From assembly GCA_047614245.1 (NCBI GenBank), contig JBLHIC010000001.1, positions 33,784 through 97,783 of the forward strand: 64,000 nt of DNA. The letters are read 5' to 3'. This document shows, one piece after another, positions 39,504 through 49,846 of this stretch (positions within the stretch are counted from its first letter, which is position 1; each line of letters opens with the position of its first letter). The notes beneath the pieces are model-generated. The model was not told where the DNA came from. It made no database searches and saw nothing but the letters and a program-made list of their open reading frames with translations. Source of the DNA: Flavobacteriaceae bacterium. Lineage in GTDB: Bacteria; Bacteroidota; Bacteroidia; Flavobacteriales; Flavobacteriaceae. The translations under genes and the position numbers were made by a program.

Positions 39504-40034
39504 ATGAAATACCGCAAACTTAAAAACAGCGAGCTTAATCGAATCAGTCAGGTGGAATTCATTGCTTCTGAAAAAACTCCGCTTATAATTATTCTCGACA
39601 ATGTTAGAAGTTTGAACAATATCGGCTCCGTATTTCGAACGGCAGATGCCTTTCTAGTTAAAAAGATTTATCTCTGCGGCATCACCGCAACTCCTCCGCA
39701 CAAGGATATTCAAAAAACCGCTCTAGGTGCTACGGACAGTGTTTCTTGGGAATATGCCGAGAACACAATGGACGTAGTTAACAGGCTTAAAAGTGAAGGT
39801 GTTTTTATTGCTTCGATTGAACAATCAGAACATTCAATCGCTTTAGATGATTTTTTTCTTCGGAAAGAAACTACCTATGCTGTTATATTCGGAAATGAGG
39901 TTAAGGGTATTTCACAAGAAGTGGTTTCAGAAAGTGATATCGTTATCGAAATTCCGCAACATGGAACGAAACATTCCTTAAATATTTCAGTTTCTACTGG
40001 TATCGTAATATGGGACTTATTCTCCAAGCTTTAG
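39504..40034 (+). CDS. TrmH/SpoU family RNA methyltransferase
   Basis: NIGSVFRTADAF, FGNEVKG and SLNISV SPOUT motifs. Confidence 0.9.
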   Translation: MKYRKLKNSELNRISQVEFIASEKTPLIIILDNVRSLNNIGSVFRTADAFLVKKIYLCGITATPPHKDIQKTALGATDSVSWEYAENTMDVVNRLKSEGVFIASIEQSEHSIALDDFFLRKETTYAVIFGNEVKGISQEVVSESDIVIEIPQHGTKHSLNISVSTGIVIWDLFSKL

Positions 40035-40076
40035 GACTCAATAAATATAATTTAATCGCAGTATAACTACCTTAGC

Positions 40077-41204
40077 TTATTTCAATATTTCCGTAAGAAT
40101 ATATAAATAGTCTTTTCTATTTTTTACAAAATCCCTATTTGAAACATCTATTATTCTAATACTAGCCTGGGGTTGAGATTTAATGAATTCTAGATAACCT
40201 TCATTAATTTTTTCAAGATATTGAGCCTCAATTGTCTGTTCGTATTTTCGGCCGCGTTTTTTAATATTCTCCAAAAGACGATCTGTACGTTGATATAGAT
40301 AAACATATAGGTCTGGCTTCGGCAATTCTTTATGCATAAACCGGAATAACTTTTTATATAAATTAAATTCCTCATCCTGTAAGGTCACTTTCGCAAAAAT
40401 GATAGATTTATGAGCATCGTAATCAGCCACAACACAATCCTTAAATAAATCGAATTGAGTGATATCATCCATTAATTGTTGATAACGATCTGCGAGAAAT
40501 GACATTTCTAATGGAAACGCATATCGCTGCGGATTTTTATAAAACTTGGGTAAAAACGGATTATCCTTAAATCGTTCTAAAACAAGCTTCGCATTAAAAT
40601 CATGAGCCAACTGTGTAGTAAGACTGGTTTTACCCGCCCCAATAGTTCCTTCAATTGCAATGTAATTAAATCTTGACAAGTCGTAATCCTTACTCGGGTT
40701 TCTAAGCCATTTAGATTGTTTTTCGATGATACTGTCGTCTCGAGTTTCCGCTAATAGTTTAATAACATTTTTAAATAGTGTTGGATGCACAATACTCGAA
40801 TTAACTTCTGCCAAAGGCTGCAAGACAAACTTCCTGTTTTGGATTTCTGGATGTGGAATTTTTAATTTAACGCTGTTTTTGACCAAGTCCCCCATCAATA
40901 AAATATCCACATCAATAGTTCTAGAAACATATCCGTCCGCTTCACTTCGCACTCTCCCTAGTTCCTTCTCAATTCTTAGTATTGTCTCCAATAATTTTCC
41001 AGATGGCATCGCGCTTTGCACTAGAAGCACACAATTTAAAAAACTATCTCCGTCAAAACCTATAGCGGGAGTTTTATATACCGAAGATATTTTTACAATA
41101 CTACCAATTTGATTAAATATGGAGTTGACAGCCTTTTGCAATAATTCGAACTTATTGCCCTGATTGCTTCCTAAGGAAAGATATATGTCTTGTAAAGGTT
41201 TAAT
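40077..41204 (-). CDS. folK: HPPK (FolK) fused to deoxynucleoside kinase; true start upstream of the track ORF, probably ATT or ATC
   Basis: In-frame YLSLGSNQG upstream of 41141, RTIDVDIL and IPHP..NRKFVL (HPPK); IEGTIGAGKT, PDLYVYL and RGRKYE (dNK). Confidence 0.88.
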   Translation of the reverse strand: MKPLQDIYLSLGSNQGNKFELLQKAVNSIFNQIGSIVKISSVYKTPAIGFDGDSFLNCVLLVQSAMPSGKLLETILRIEKELGRVRSEADGYVSRTIDVDILLMGDLVKNSVKLKIPHPEIQNRKFVLQPLAEVNSSIVHPTLFKNVIKLLAETRDDSIIEKQSKWLRNPSKDYDLSRFNYIAIEGTIGAGKTSLTTQLAHDFNAKLVLERFKDNPFLPKFYKNPQRYAFPLEMSFLADRYQQLMDDITQFDLFKDCVVADYDAHKSIIFAKVTLQDEEFNLYKKLFRFMHKELPKPDLYVYLYQRTDRLLENIKKRGRKYEQTIEAQYLEKINEGYLEFIKSQPQASIRIIDVSNRDFVKNRKDYLYILTEILK

Positions 41205-41351
41205 AGACTTGATTTAAAAAGGTTACATTATTTTTAAACTTTGTTTGTATGGCTAAAAATACAGGTTTATGAATTTAAGACGAAATTAAGGAAAAGAATA
41301 ATACTTCCAATTATCTTTACCTTTCAAAAAACACAGGTGGCAGTACTTTCA

Positions 41352-42077
41352 ATGAATGACAAACTGGTAGCGCAACGAATCTACCTCATTTTAGGAGGAT
41401 TGTTTATAGCCTCCCTTGTTGTCTCCAATTTAATATTTCAAAAATTTTTCTATTGGGACTTTTTTGGAATCTATACGTTTGAAATTTCGGTAGGAATTCT
41501 TCCCTACCCTATCACTTTTCTCATTACCGATATTATTAGTGAAGTCTACGGAAAACAAAAGGCCAATGAGGTCGTTACCGCGGGTATTTTTGCTTCATTT
41601 TTCTCATTACTTATTGTTTTCGTTTCGGATGTCGTTCCCGCTACCGACTGGAGTCCAATTGATGACACCCTGTTTTCAAAAGTATTCGGCGCCACTGCCA
41701 TTGCGGTACTTGCATCAATGATGGCATATCTACTCGCTCAATATATTGACATACAGATATTTCATTTCTGGAAACGCCTTACAAAGGGTAAACACCTCTG
41801 GCTTCGGAATAATTTCTCTACTTTCTTGTCTCAATTTGTCGATACGTTAACGGTTTTACTATTGTTGTGCAGTTTTGGGAAAATTAGCTGGCCCTTATTT
41901 AGTGGATTGCTGCTAAGTGGTTTTCTTTTTAAAGTGCTAGTAGCAGCATTAGACACCCCGTTTTTATATGCTGCGGTTTTTGCTTTCAGAAAAAGATTTG
42001 GACTAAAAAGAGGAGAAGAGATAGATTTTTACTCTTCCTCGCAAAATGAAATCCCGAATTTATCAAATCAATCATAA
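41352..42077 (+). CDS. Queuosine precursor transporter (YhhQ/VUT family)
   Basis: YPITFLITDIISEVYG and LWLRNNFSTFLSQFVDT motifs; ATG at 41352 preferred. Confidence 0.9.
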   Translation: MNDKLVAQRIYLILGGLFIASLVVSNLIFQKFFYWDFFGIYTFEISVGILPYPITFLITDIISEVYGKQKANEVVTAGIFASFFSLLIVFVSDVVPATDWSPIDDTLFSKVFGATAIAVLASMMAYLLAQYIDIQIFHFWKRLTKGKHLWLRNNFSTFLSQFVDTLTVLLLLCSFGKISWPLFSGLLLSGFLFKVLVAALDTPFLYAAVFAFRKRFGLKRGEEIDFYSSSQNEIPNLSNQS

Positions 42078-42144
42078 CAATTTATTTTTACTTTTTATCC
42101 TTAGAAATTAAGATATAACAACTTTTAGTCAACCTCAATTAATT

Positions 42145-44790
42145 ATGAAAAAAATTCTTAAAATAACAGGAATTATAATCGTTTTAGCAATCGTGTTTCT
42201 TGCAGCTGCTCCTTTTCTTTTCAAGGGGAGTTTAGAAAAAATAGTGAAACGAACAATCAATGAAAACCTAAATGCTACTGTTGCTTGGAAAGGATTAGAC
42301 TTAAGTCTACTCAAGAGCTTTCCAGATGCCGCACTTACCATAACCGATTTTAGTGTTACAAACAATGCACCATTTGAAGGTGACACCTTAGTAAGTGGAA
42401 AGTCCTTAAAGTTGAACATGGGTATTACTCAATTATTTAAAAAAAGTGACGAATCAATACAAGTAGATGGATTACTTCTTAATGAATCTTTAATAAATAT
42501 TAAAATTGATTCCCTCGGAAATGCCAATTATGATATCGCCGTAAAAAAGGAAGTAATTCCTTCAGAAGCACCTAGTGCAGATAAAGGTAGTTTTAGTTTC
42601 GCGCTGAAGAACTATGAAATAAAAGATTCCCGGATTAACTACCTAGATGAATCTTCAAAAACATTTTTAATACTCACTGATGTGAATCATAAAGGAACCG
42701 GAGATCTTTCTGAATCGATAACACAGCTTGACACTCATACTGAAGCCAACGCCACTTTTAGAATTGACAAGGCAGAATACTTGAATAAAACTAGTATTAC
42801 ACTAGATGCCGGTTTTGAATTGGATCTTGAGAACCAAAAATATTCGTTTCTAGAAAACGTGTCTAAAATCAATGAGTTACCATTAACATTCGATGGTTTT
42901 ATTAAAATTAATGAAACGAATAGTGAAATAGACATTAGTTTTAAGACTCCATCATCAGATTTTAAAAATTTCTTGGCCGTAATTCCAAAGACATATGTAA
43001 AAGAATTGGACGGTGTGACCACGACTGGAAATTTCACCATTGACGGGGCGGTTAATGGGATTATAGACGAAGTACATATCCCTAGATTGGATATTAAAGT
43101 CGCGAGTGATAACGCGTCATTTAAATATCCAGACTTACCCAAAGCCGTTCGCAATATCTCGATAAATGCAGAATTAAAAAATGACACCGGTCTTGTAAAA
43201 GACACTTATTTGAATATTGGTGGGATGACGTTTAATATTGACGATGAATTGTTTAGCCTCAGCGGTAGTGTTAAAAATTTCACCGAAAATGCGCTCGTTA
43301 ATCTAGTAATAAAAGGAACACTCAACCTTGCAAATATTGAAAAGGTACTGCCCGTTGAATTAAAACAGGACTTAACTGGAATTTTCAAAGCAGACGTTAA
43401 TACTTCTTTTGATATGCAATCAGTTGAAAAAGAGCAGTACCAAAATATTAAAAATAACGGAACTGCTAGCTTAACGGACTTTAATTATTCAGACGAAGCT
43501 TTTAACAATCCGATCCGTATTTCTTCCGCAGCTATTGAAATGAGCCCAGGGAATATAAAACTGAATAATTTTGAAGCGACTTCTGGAGAAACAGACATTA
43601 ACGCTACTGGAACTATTCAAAACCTCATCCCGTGGATTATGGAGAAACAGGATTTGAAAGGTAATTTTCTAGTTAATTCGAACATTTTCAATGTCAATGA
43701 TTTTATGTCTTCCGAAGAAAAAGGCACAGGAAGTGGAAAGGCAACAACCCCATCTGGTAATACCGAAGAATCATCTGTGAAAATACCAGATTTCCTTGAT
43801 GCAACAATAGATTTTACAGCAAAAAAAGTTTTGTATGATAATGTGATTTTAGAGAACACCAAAGGTAGAGTGACTATAAAAGATGAGGCTGCTAGTTTAA
43901 ATAACGTGACCTCAAGAATATTTGGTGGAGACATTGCTTTTTCCGGGAATGTTGACACAAAAAAAGCTATCCCTACTTTTGGGATGAATCTAGATCTACA
44001 GAAAGTTGATATAGAAGAATCTTTTGAACAATTGGCCTTTTTAAAATATATCGCACCAATTTCAAAAGCATTAAATGGCAACATCAATACCGTTATCAAA
44101 TTAAATGGTCAACTTAATGGAGATCTTACGCCTAATCTTGCCACCCTCGCAGGAGACCTTATTGCTAATATATTATCGGCCGAAGTCAATACAAAAAGCA
44201 CCCCGCTTCTCACAACTTTAAGTGAGAACCTAAGCTTTTTAGATAAGGATAAATTGACACTGAAGGATGTAAAAACAGCCATTAATTTTAGCGATGGTAA
44301 AATTATAGTAAAACCTTTTGACTTTAATATAGAAGGGGTGAAAATAACGGCAGGAGGAAGTCACGGGCTAAATAAAAGTATCGATTACAATCTCACGATG
44401 AATGTTCCTGCTAAATATTTAGGAGGGGAAGTGAATAGTTTATTAGCAAAATTAGATCCCGAAGAAGCAAATTCGATGATGGTATCTCTCCCTGTTGGAT
44501 TGAAAGGAAACTTTACCAATCCCAAAGTCTCCCTCAATACTAAAGCTGCTATAAACTCATTCACTCAAACTCTAGTAGCGAAACAAAAAGAGCAATTATT
44601 GAATCAAGGCACTGATATCTTGACCAGTATAATTTCTGGGGGGAAGAAACCAAAAGTTTCAATTTCCACCGGCACAAATACCACCACAAACAATACGACT
44701 CAGCAAGCCACGGAAGTTGTGACAGATATACTTGGGGGCTTATTCGGAAAGAAAAAAAAGAAAAAAGATACTATAAAGAGTGGTAACTAG
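42145..44790 (+). CDS. AsmA family protein
   Basis: N-terminal membrane anchor, LSLLKSFP and GNANYDI segments, long beta-rich body with AsmA-like C-terminus. Confidence 0.85.
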   Translation: MKKILKITGIIIVLAIVFLAAAPFLFKGSLEKIVKRTINENLNATVAWKGLDLSLLKSFPDAALTITDFSVTNNAPFEGDTLVSGKSLKLNMGITQLFKKSDESIQVDGLLLNESLINIKIDSLGNANYDIAVKKEVIPSEAPSADKGSFSFALKNYEIKDSRINYLDESSKTFLILTDVNHKGTGDLSESITQLDTHTEANATFRIDKAEYLNKTSITLDAGFELDLENQKYSFLENVSKINELPLTFDGFIKINETNSEIDISFKTPSSDFKNFLAVIPKTYVKELDGVTTTGNFTIDGAVNGIIDEVHIPRLDIKVASDNASFKYPDLPKAVRNISINAELKNDTGLVKDTYLNIGGMTFNIDDELFSLSGSVKNFTENALVNLVIKGTLNLANIEKVLPVELKQDLTGIFKADVNTSFDMQSVEKEQYQNIKNNGTASLTDFNYSDEAFNNPIRISSAAIEMSPGNIKLNNFEATSGETDINATGTIQNLIPWIMEKQDLKGNFLVNSNIFNVNDFMSSEEKGTGSGKATTPSGNTEESSVKIPDFLDATIDFTAKKVLYDNVILENTKGRVTIKDEAASLNNVTSRIFGGDIAFSGNVDTKKAIPTFGMNLDLQKVDIEESFEQLAFLKYIAPISKALNGNINTVIKLNGQLNGDLTPNLATLAGDLIANILSAEVNTKSTPLLTTLSENLSFLDKDKLTLKDVKTAINFSDGKIIVKPFDFNIEGVKITAGGSHGLNKSIDYNLTMNVPAKYLGGEVNSLLAKLDPEEANSMMVSLPVGLKGNFTNPKVSLNTKAAINSFTQTLVAKQKEQLLNQGTDILTSIISGGKKPKVSISTGTNTTTNNTTQQATEVVTDILGGLFGKKKKKKDTIKSGN

Positions 44791-44999
44791 CTTATAAGTC
44801 TATTAACCAATTAGTTACTAATCGCGCGTAATCTTGCCTGACTTTGCTGGAATCTATCTAGGTAAGGCAGGAATTTTATATGGCTATGGCGTCTTGCACT
44901 CTAGAGTGAAATAACGGGCTGGAAATAAATCAAAATTTTACAAGTTTATAGGTATTGTTCTCGTTGCTGTATACCTTGTACAGAAAGTCATATTTTTAT

Positions 45000-45794
45000 T
45001 TAACTAATCGAAATAGACACTACATAGCCTTCGTTACTTCTTATATTAAATACCGTGTTATCCTCGAAAATAAGGTATTGACCTTTTATTCCTTTTAAGG
45101 TTCCTTCATAAAAAGGGGTCTTGTTCAAATTAAGACTCTTGGGCTTCTCTGGATATTGAAGAACAGGAAACTCTAAATTCGTTTCAGTATTATTCGCTAA
45201 AAAATAAGATATGGCTTCATCAGGAATATACTTTTTAAGCTTATCTCTCCATTCGATTAAATTTTCATCTTCAATCTCATTTTTAAGCATAGTTCGCCAG
45301 TTCGTTTTATCTCCAACATAGTCTTTTAAAGCTACCTCAGTAATCCCCGCCAAATATCTATTAGGCACTTCTAAGATTTCGATAGCTTCATGAGCTCCTT
45401 GGTCAATCCATCGCGTTGGAACCTGAGTCTTCCTTGTCACACCTACTTTTACATTACTGCTATTTGCCAAATAAACAATATGTGGTTGCAGTTGGACTCG
45501 CTTCTCATATTCCAAATCACGATCCTCTTTATCCAGATGTGCTTTACTCAATTCGGGACGTATAATCCAGTCTGCTGCCTGAGGAATTTCATAAAAACAA
45601 TCATAACAATATCCCTGTCTGTATATTTTTTTCTCCAAACAGCAGTTAAGACACTGAAACTTAACAAATGAAATTGACACTTTTTTATTTAGCAATTGAT
45701 TGACATTTAAAAAATCATTTTCAAAAACCAAATAATATTGAATTGGCGAACCGTTTTCGGTCTGCATTTTAGTTAAAACTCCTTCGTAATTCAT
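45000..45794 (-). CDS. DUF2797 family protein
   Basis: CxxC...CxxC, PHIVYLANS, KVGVTR, RWIDQGA and GIKGQYL motifs; ATG at 45794. Confidence 0.85.
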   Translation of the reverse strand: MNYEGVLTKMQTENGSPIQYYLVFENDFLNVNQLLNKKVSISFVKFQCLNCCLEKKIYRQGYCYDCFYEIPQAADWIIRPELSKAHLDKEDRDLEYEKRVQLQPHIVYLANSSNVKVGVTRKTQVPTRWIDQGAHEAIEILEVPNRYLAGITEVALKDYVGDKTNWRTMLKNEIEDENLIEWRDKLKKYIPDEAISYFLANNTETNLEFPVLQYPEKPKSLNLNKTPFYEGTLKGIKGQYLIFEDNTVFNIRSNEGYVVSISIS

Positions 45795-45838
45795 AAAAAG
45801 AAAATCGTTATTTTTATACCTTAAAGATAGTTCAAAAT

Positions 45839-47356
45839 ATGCCATTCCCGATTGTAAATTCTATTGTTTCATGGTTTTTAAAGAAACGGTTTCATCAAAT
45901 TGAATTATTTATTAAATACCCAATAGAGGTTCAAGAGGATCTATTACACGGTTTGATTATCAAGGCAAAGAATACTGAAATTGGAAAGAAGTATGATTTT
46001 GAAAGCATTTCTTCCTACAGAGAATTTGCAGATAGAATCCCAGTCACCACCTACGAAGACAATGAGGAACAAATCGAGCGCACTCGCAGAGGAGAAACAA
46101 ATATCTTTTGGCCTACACCAATAAAATGGTTTGCGAAATCCAGCGGTACGACCAACTCAAAAAGTAAATTCATCCCTGTAAGTATAGATTCTTTAGAAGA
46201 CTGTCATTATGCGGCGAGTAAGGATCTACTCTGTATGTACCTCAATAACAATCCTAATTCTCAATTATTTCTTGGCAAGAACCTTAAACTTGGTGGAAGC
46301 AAAGAATTATATCAGGAAAATGGAACTGTTTTTGGTGATCTTTCTGCAATATTAATTGATAATATGCCATTTTGGGCAGAATTTAGCAGTACTCCAGGAA
46401 GTGAAGTATCTTTAATGGCAGACTGGGAAATGAAGATGCAGGCCATAGTAAATGAAACAATACAGGAGAATGTAACTAGTTTGGCTGGAGTCCCTTCTTG
46501 GATGCTTGTATTATTGAATAATGTAGCTGAAACAACTGGCAAGTCGAATTTGCTAGAGGTATGGCCAAATCTTGAAGTATATTTTCATGGAGGTGTAAGT
46601 TTCGATCCATATGTAGACCAGTATAAAAAACTATTACCACAATCGAACTTTAAATATTACGAAACTTATAATGCATCTGAAGGCTTTTTTGCCATTCAAG
46701 ATCGGAATAATGAGGCGGATTTGTTATTGATGCTTGACTACGGAATATTTTATGAATTCATTCCTATGAAAGGATATGGGACTTCTGAAGAAAAAGTAAT
46801 CCCATTGAGCGAAGTTGAAATAGATGAAAATTACGCAATTATTATTACTACCAATGCTGGACTTTGGAGATATAAAATAGGAGACACAATACGTTTTACA
46901 TCGATTGCTCCTCATCGAATAAAAGTCACTGGGCGAACTAAGCATCATATCAACGTATTTGGCGAAGAATTAATAATCGAAAATGCCGAATCAGCTTTAA
47001 AGAGAGTTTCTGCTCAGATGCAAAGTGAAATTGTAGATTATACAGTAGCACCTATTTTCATGAAAGGAAAAGAGAAAGGAGCACACGAATGGATTATAGA
47101 ATTTAAAAAACCTCCTCTAGATATAACTAAGTTTTCGGTTCTATTAGATAAGGCCCTTCAAGACGTTAACAGTGATTATGAAGCAAAAAGGTGTAATAAC
47201 ATTACCCTCAAGGCACCGATAATCCATTGCGCTAGAGAGAAGTTGTTTTATGATTGGCTTAAGATGAAAGACAAGATAGGCGGGCAACATAAAATTCCAA
47301 GACTTTCAAATTCTCGCGATTTTTTAGAAAAATTACTTCATCTAAATCAGCAGTAA
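45839..47356 (+). CDS. GH3 auxin-responsive family acyl-adenylate enzyme
   Basis: KSSGTT...KFIP, YNASEGF, GLWRYKIGD and GQHKIPRL motifs. Confidence 0.9.
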   Translation: MPFPIVNSIVSWFLKKRFHQIELFIKYPIEVQEDLLHGLIIKAKNTEIGKKYDFESISSYREFADRIPVTTYEDNEEQIERTRRGETNIFWPTPIKWFAKSSGTTNSKSKFIPVSIDSLEDCHYAASKDLLCMYLNNNPNSQLFLGKNLKLGGSKELYQENGTVFGDLSAILIDNMPFWAEFSSTPGSEVSLMADWEMKMQAIVNETIQENVTSLAGVPSWMLVLLNNVAETTGKSNLLEVWPNLEVYFHGGVSFDPYVDQYKKLLPQSNFKYYETYNASEGFFAIQDRNNEADLLLMLDYGIFYEFIPMKGYGTSEEKVIPLSEVEIDENYAIIITTNAGLWRYKIGDTIRFTSIAPHRIKVTGRTKHHINVFGEELIIENAESALKRVSAQMQSEIVDYTVAPIFMKGKEKGAHEWIIEFKKPPLDITKFSVLLDKALQDVNSDYEAKRCNNITLKAPIIHCAREKLFYDWLKMKDKIGGQHKIPRLSNSRDFLEKLLHLNQQ

Positions 47357-47550
47357 AGCACTATTATCGATAAAGAACACTATTTATCCGATGAATAAAT
47401 CGCAGTAAAACAGGCATTTAAGTCACTTCATCGAATATTATTAGGCTACGTGCATTTGAACGAGTTTACAACCCACTTCAGCTAAAAATTTTGGTAGTCC
47501 TTTTCTTACTTTATAGATTTGCACTGTAATTAACACCCAGCCCTTGTATT

Positions 47551-47736
47551 ATGAAGAATATAATTTATTTAGGAATCGCTTTAATTTTGACCGTATCAGT
47601 ATCCTCTTGTGGATCTGTTTCAGCAATTCAAAAAAGCGAAAATGAAGTTGCCGGATACACTCTTAAAAACAAAAAGGAATTGATGCAGCAAAAAGTTTTA
47701 AATAAAAAAGTTAAGACAATAATCGCATTACCATAA
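47551..47736 (+). CDS. Small lipoprotein
   Basis: VSSC lipobox; own -7 element (TAGATTTG) upstream and terminator downstream. Confidence 0.65.
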   Translation: MKNIIYLGIALILTVSVSSCGSVSAIQKSENEVAGYTLKNKKELMQQKVLNKKVKTIIALP

Positions 47737-47757
47737 ACCGAATATATTTAATAGAAT

Positions 47758-47793
47758 AAAAAATCCCCGAACTGAATTGTTCGGGGATTTTTT
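47758..47793. terminator. Bidirectional intrinsic terminator
   Basis: AAAAAATCCCCGAAC-TGAATT-GTTCGGGGATTTTTT. Confidence 0.88.
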
Positions 47794-47817
47794 ATTTCTA
47801 ATATCTAAATAATGTAT

Positions 47818-49050
47818 TTATGATACAGCTTTAAGCTTTTTAATCGTTGCTTTATTTAGCTTATCGGCTACATATTCTTCATTTACATGAAGCTCTTTCT
47901 GATCTGTTCCTGGCAAATCAAACATAGCATCCGTTAGAACAGCTTCACATAGTGATCGCAATCCTCTTGCACCAAGTTTATACTCTATAGCCTGATCAAC
48001 AATAAAGTCTAAGGCCTCTTCCGTTATAATCATATCAATATCGTCCATTTCGAACAACTTCTTATATTGTTTAATGATCGCATTTTTCGGTTCCGTTAGA
48101 ATAGCTCTAAGAGTTCCTTTATCCAATGGATTCATATAAGCCAAGACAGGTAAACGACCAATAATTTCAGGAATTAAGCCATAATCTTTTAAATCCTTAG
48201 GAATAATATACTTCAACATATCTCCACGATCCATTTTACCCTCACCTTTTGATGCAGTAAATCCAACTGCCTGCATATTCAATCTTTTAGAAATATGACG
48301 CTCTATTCCATCAAAGGCTCCACCAGCAATAAATAATATATTTTCAGTATCAACTTCAATAAATTTTTGATCAGGGTGTTTACGTCCTCCTTTTGGTGGA
48401 ACATTTACTACAGTACCCTCTAATAACTTCAGTAAAGCCTGTTGCACACCTTCTCCACTAACATCTCGAGTTATCGAAGGATTGTCACTTTTTCTGGCAA
48501 TTTTATCTATCTCATCAATAAAAACAATACCATTTTGAGCCTTTTCCAAATCATAATCTGCGGCCTGCAATAATCTTGTTAAGATACTTTCCACATCTTC
48601 TCCAACATAGCCTGCTTCTGTTAGCACGGTTGCATCAACTATTGCCAATGGCACATTCAACATACGCGCTATTGTTTTTGCAACTAAGGTTTTTCCAGTT
48701 CCAGTCTGTCCTACAATGATAATATTACTTTTTTGAATTTCAATATCATCATCAGTGACCGGCTGTAATAATCTTTTGTAATGATTATATACAGCTACTG
48801 ACATTATTTTTTTTGTCTGATTTTGACCAATAACATAATCGTCTAAAAATGCCTTTATAGATTTTGGCTTCTTTAGCATTAGCTCCTTAGACAATTCACC
48901 ACTTGTAGAGTGAAGCGCTTCTTCTAAAACAATTCCATGTGCCTGCTCAATACAACGATCACATATATGGGCATCTAAACCTGCAATAAGCAAATTAGTT
49001 TCAGCTTTTTTACGGCCGCAAAACGAACATTCTAAATCTTCTTTCGACAT
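47818..49050 (-). CDS. clpX: ATP-dependent Clp protease ATP-binding subunit
   Basis: CSFCG zinc finger, [13 protein letters not shown] and [13 protein letters not shown] motifs. Confidence 0.97.
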   Translation of the reverse strand: MSKEDLECSFCGRKKAETNLLIAGLDAHICDRCIEQAHGIVLEEALHSTSGELSKELMLKKPKSIKAFLDDYVIGQNQTKKIMSVAVYNHYKRLLQPVTDDDIEIQKSNIIIVGQTGTGKTLVAKTIARMLNVPLAIVDATVLTEAGYVGEDVESILTRLLQAADYDLEKAQNGIVFIDEIDKIARKSDNPSITRDVSGEGVQQALLKLLEGTVVNVPPKGGRKHPDQKFIEVDTENILFIAGGAFDGIERHISKRLNMQAVGFTASKGEGKMDRGDMLKYIIPKDLKDYGLIPEIIGRLPVLAYMNPLDKGTLRAILTEPKNAIIKQYKKLFEMDDIDMIITEEALDFIVDQAIEYKLGARGLRSLCEAVLTDAMFDLPGTDQKELHVNEEYVADKLNKATIKKLKAVS

Positions 49051-49088
49051 ATTTTTTTTGTCAAGTTTAAACTTGAAACAACAGATTT

Positions 49089-49763
49089 TTATCCTCGTGT
49101 TAATATTTCGTCTATCATTCCATACTCCAAAGCCTTATCAGATTTCATCCAATAATCACGATCACTATCCTCATAAACTTTGTCATATGATTGACCACTG
49201 TGCTTTGCAATTATATCATATAACTCCTTCTTCAACGTAATTATTTCCTTAGCAGTAATTTCTATGTCACTTGCCTGACCTTGAGCCCCGCCCATTGGCT
49301 GGTGAATCATAACCCGAGAATGTGTTAAACCACTGCGTTTACCTTTTTCACCGGCACACAACAAAACAGCTGCCATAGAAGCCGCCATTCCAGTACATAT
49401 AGTAGCTACATTGGGTTTGATAAACTGCATAGTATCATAGATACCGAGTCCTGCATAAACACTTCCTCCTGGCGAATTAATATAAATTTGAATATCCTTA
49501 GAAGCATCGGTACTTTCTAAAAATAATAATTGGGCCTGAACTATATTTGCAACCTGATCATTAATCCCTGTCCCCAAAAAAATAATTCTATCCATCATAA
49601 GGCGAGAAAATACATCAAATATAGCGATGTTCATTTGCCTTTCTTCAATAATATTAGGAGTTAAATTAGTGGGATACATACTACTAATAATCTGATCGTA
49701 ATACATACTGTTAATCCCTTGATCCTTTATGGCAAACTTTTTAAACTCTTTTTCGTAGTTCAT
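49089..49763 (-). CDS. clpP: Clp protease proteolytic subunit
   Basis: [15 protein letters not shown] and MIHQP motifs; ATG at 49763 (MNYEKEF). Confidence 0.96.
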   Translation of the reverse strand: MNYEKEFKKFAIKDQGINSMYYDQIISSMYPTNLTPNIIEERQMNIAIFDVFSRLMMDRIIFLGTGINDQVANIVQAQLLFLESTDASKDIQIYINSPGGSVYAGLGIYDTMQFIKPNVATICTGMAASMAAVLLCAGEKGKRSGLTHSRVMIHQPMGGAQGQASDIEITAKEIITLKKELYDIIAKHSGQSYDKVYEDSDRDYWMKSDKALEYGMIDEILTRG

Positions 49764-49846
49764 ATCTTTTTTAATCGTTTTTTGAAATAATAAAGGCGTT
49801 AAATTTATTAAATCCAACGCCTAAATATAACTATTTTATTGCTGAA

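Noticed and set aside
41217-41351. preQ1 riboswitch upstream of the queuosine precursor transporter
   Set aside because: No recognisable preQ1 stem-loop with A-rich tail by eye; a covariance-model search would be needed to exclude it fully.
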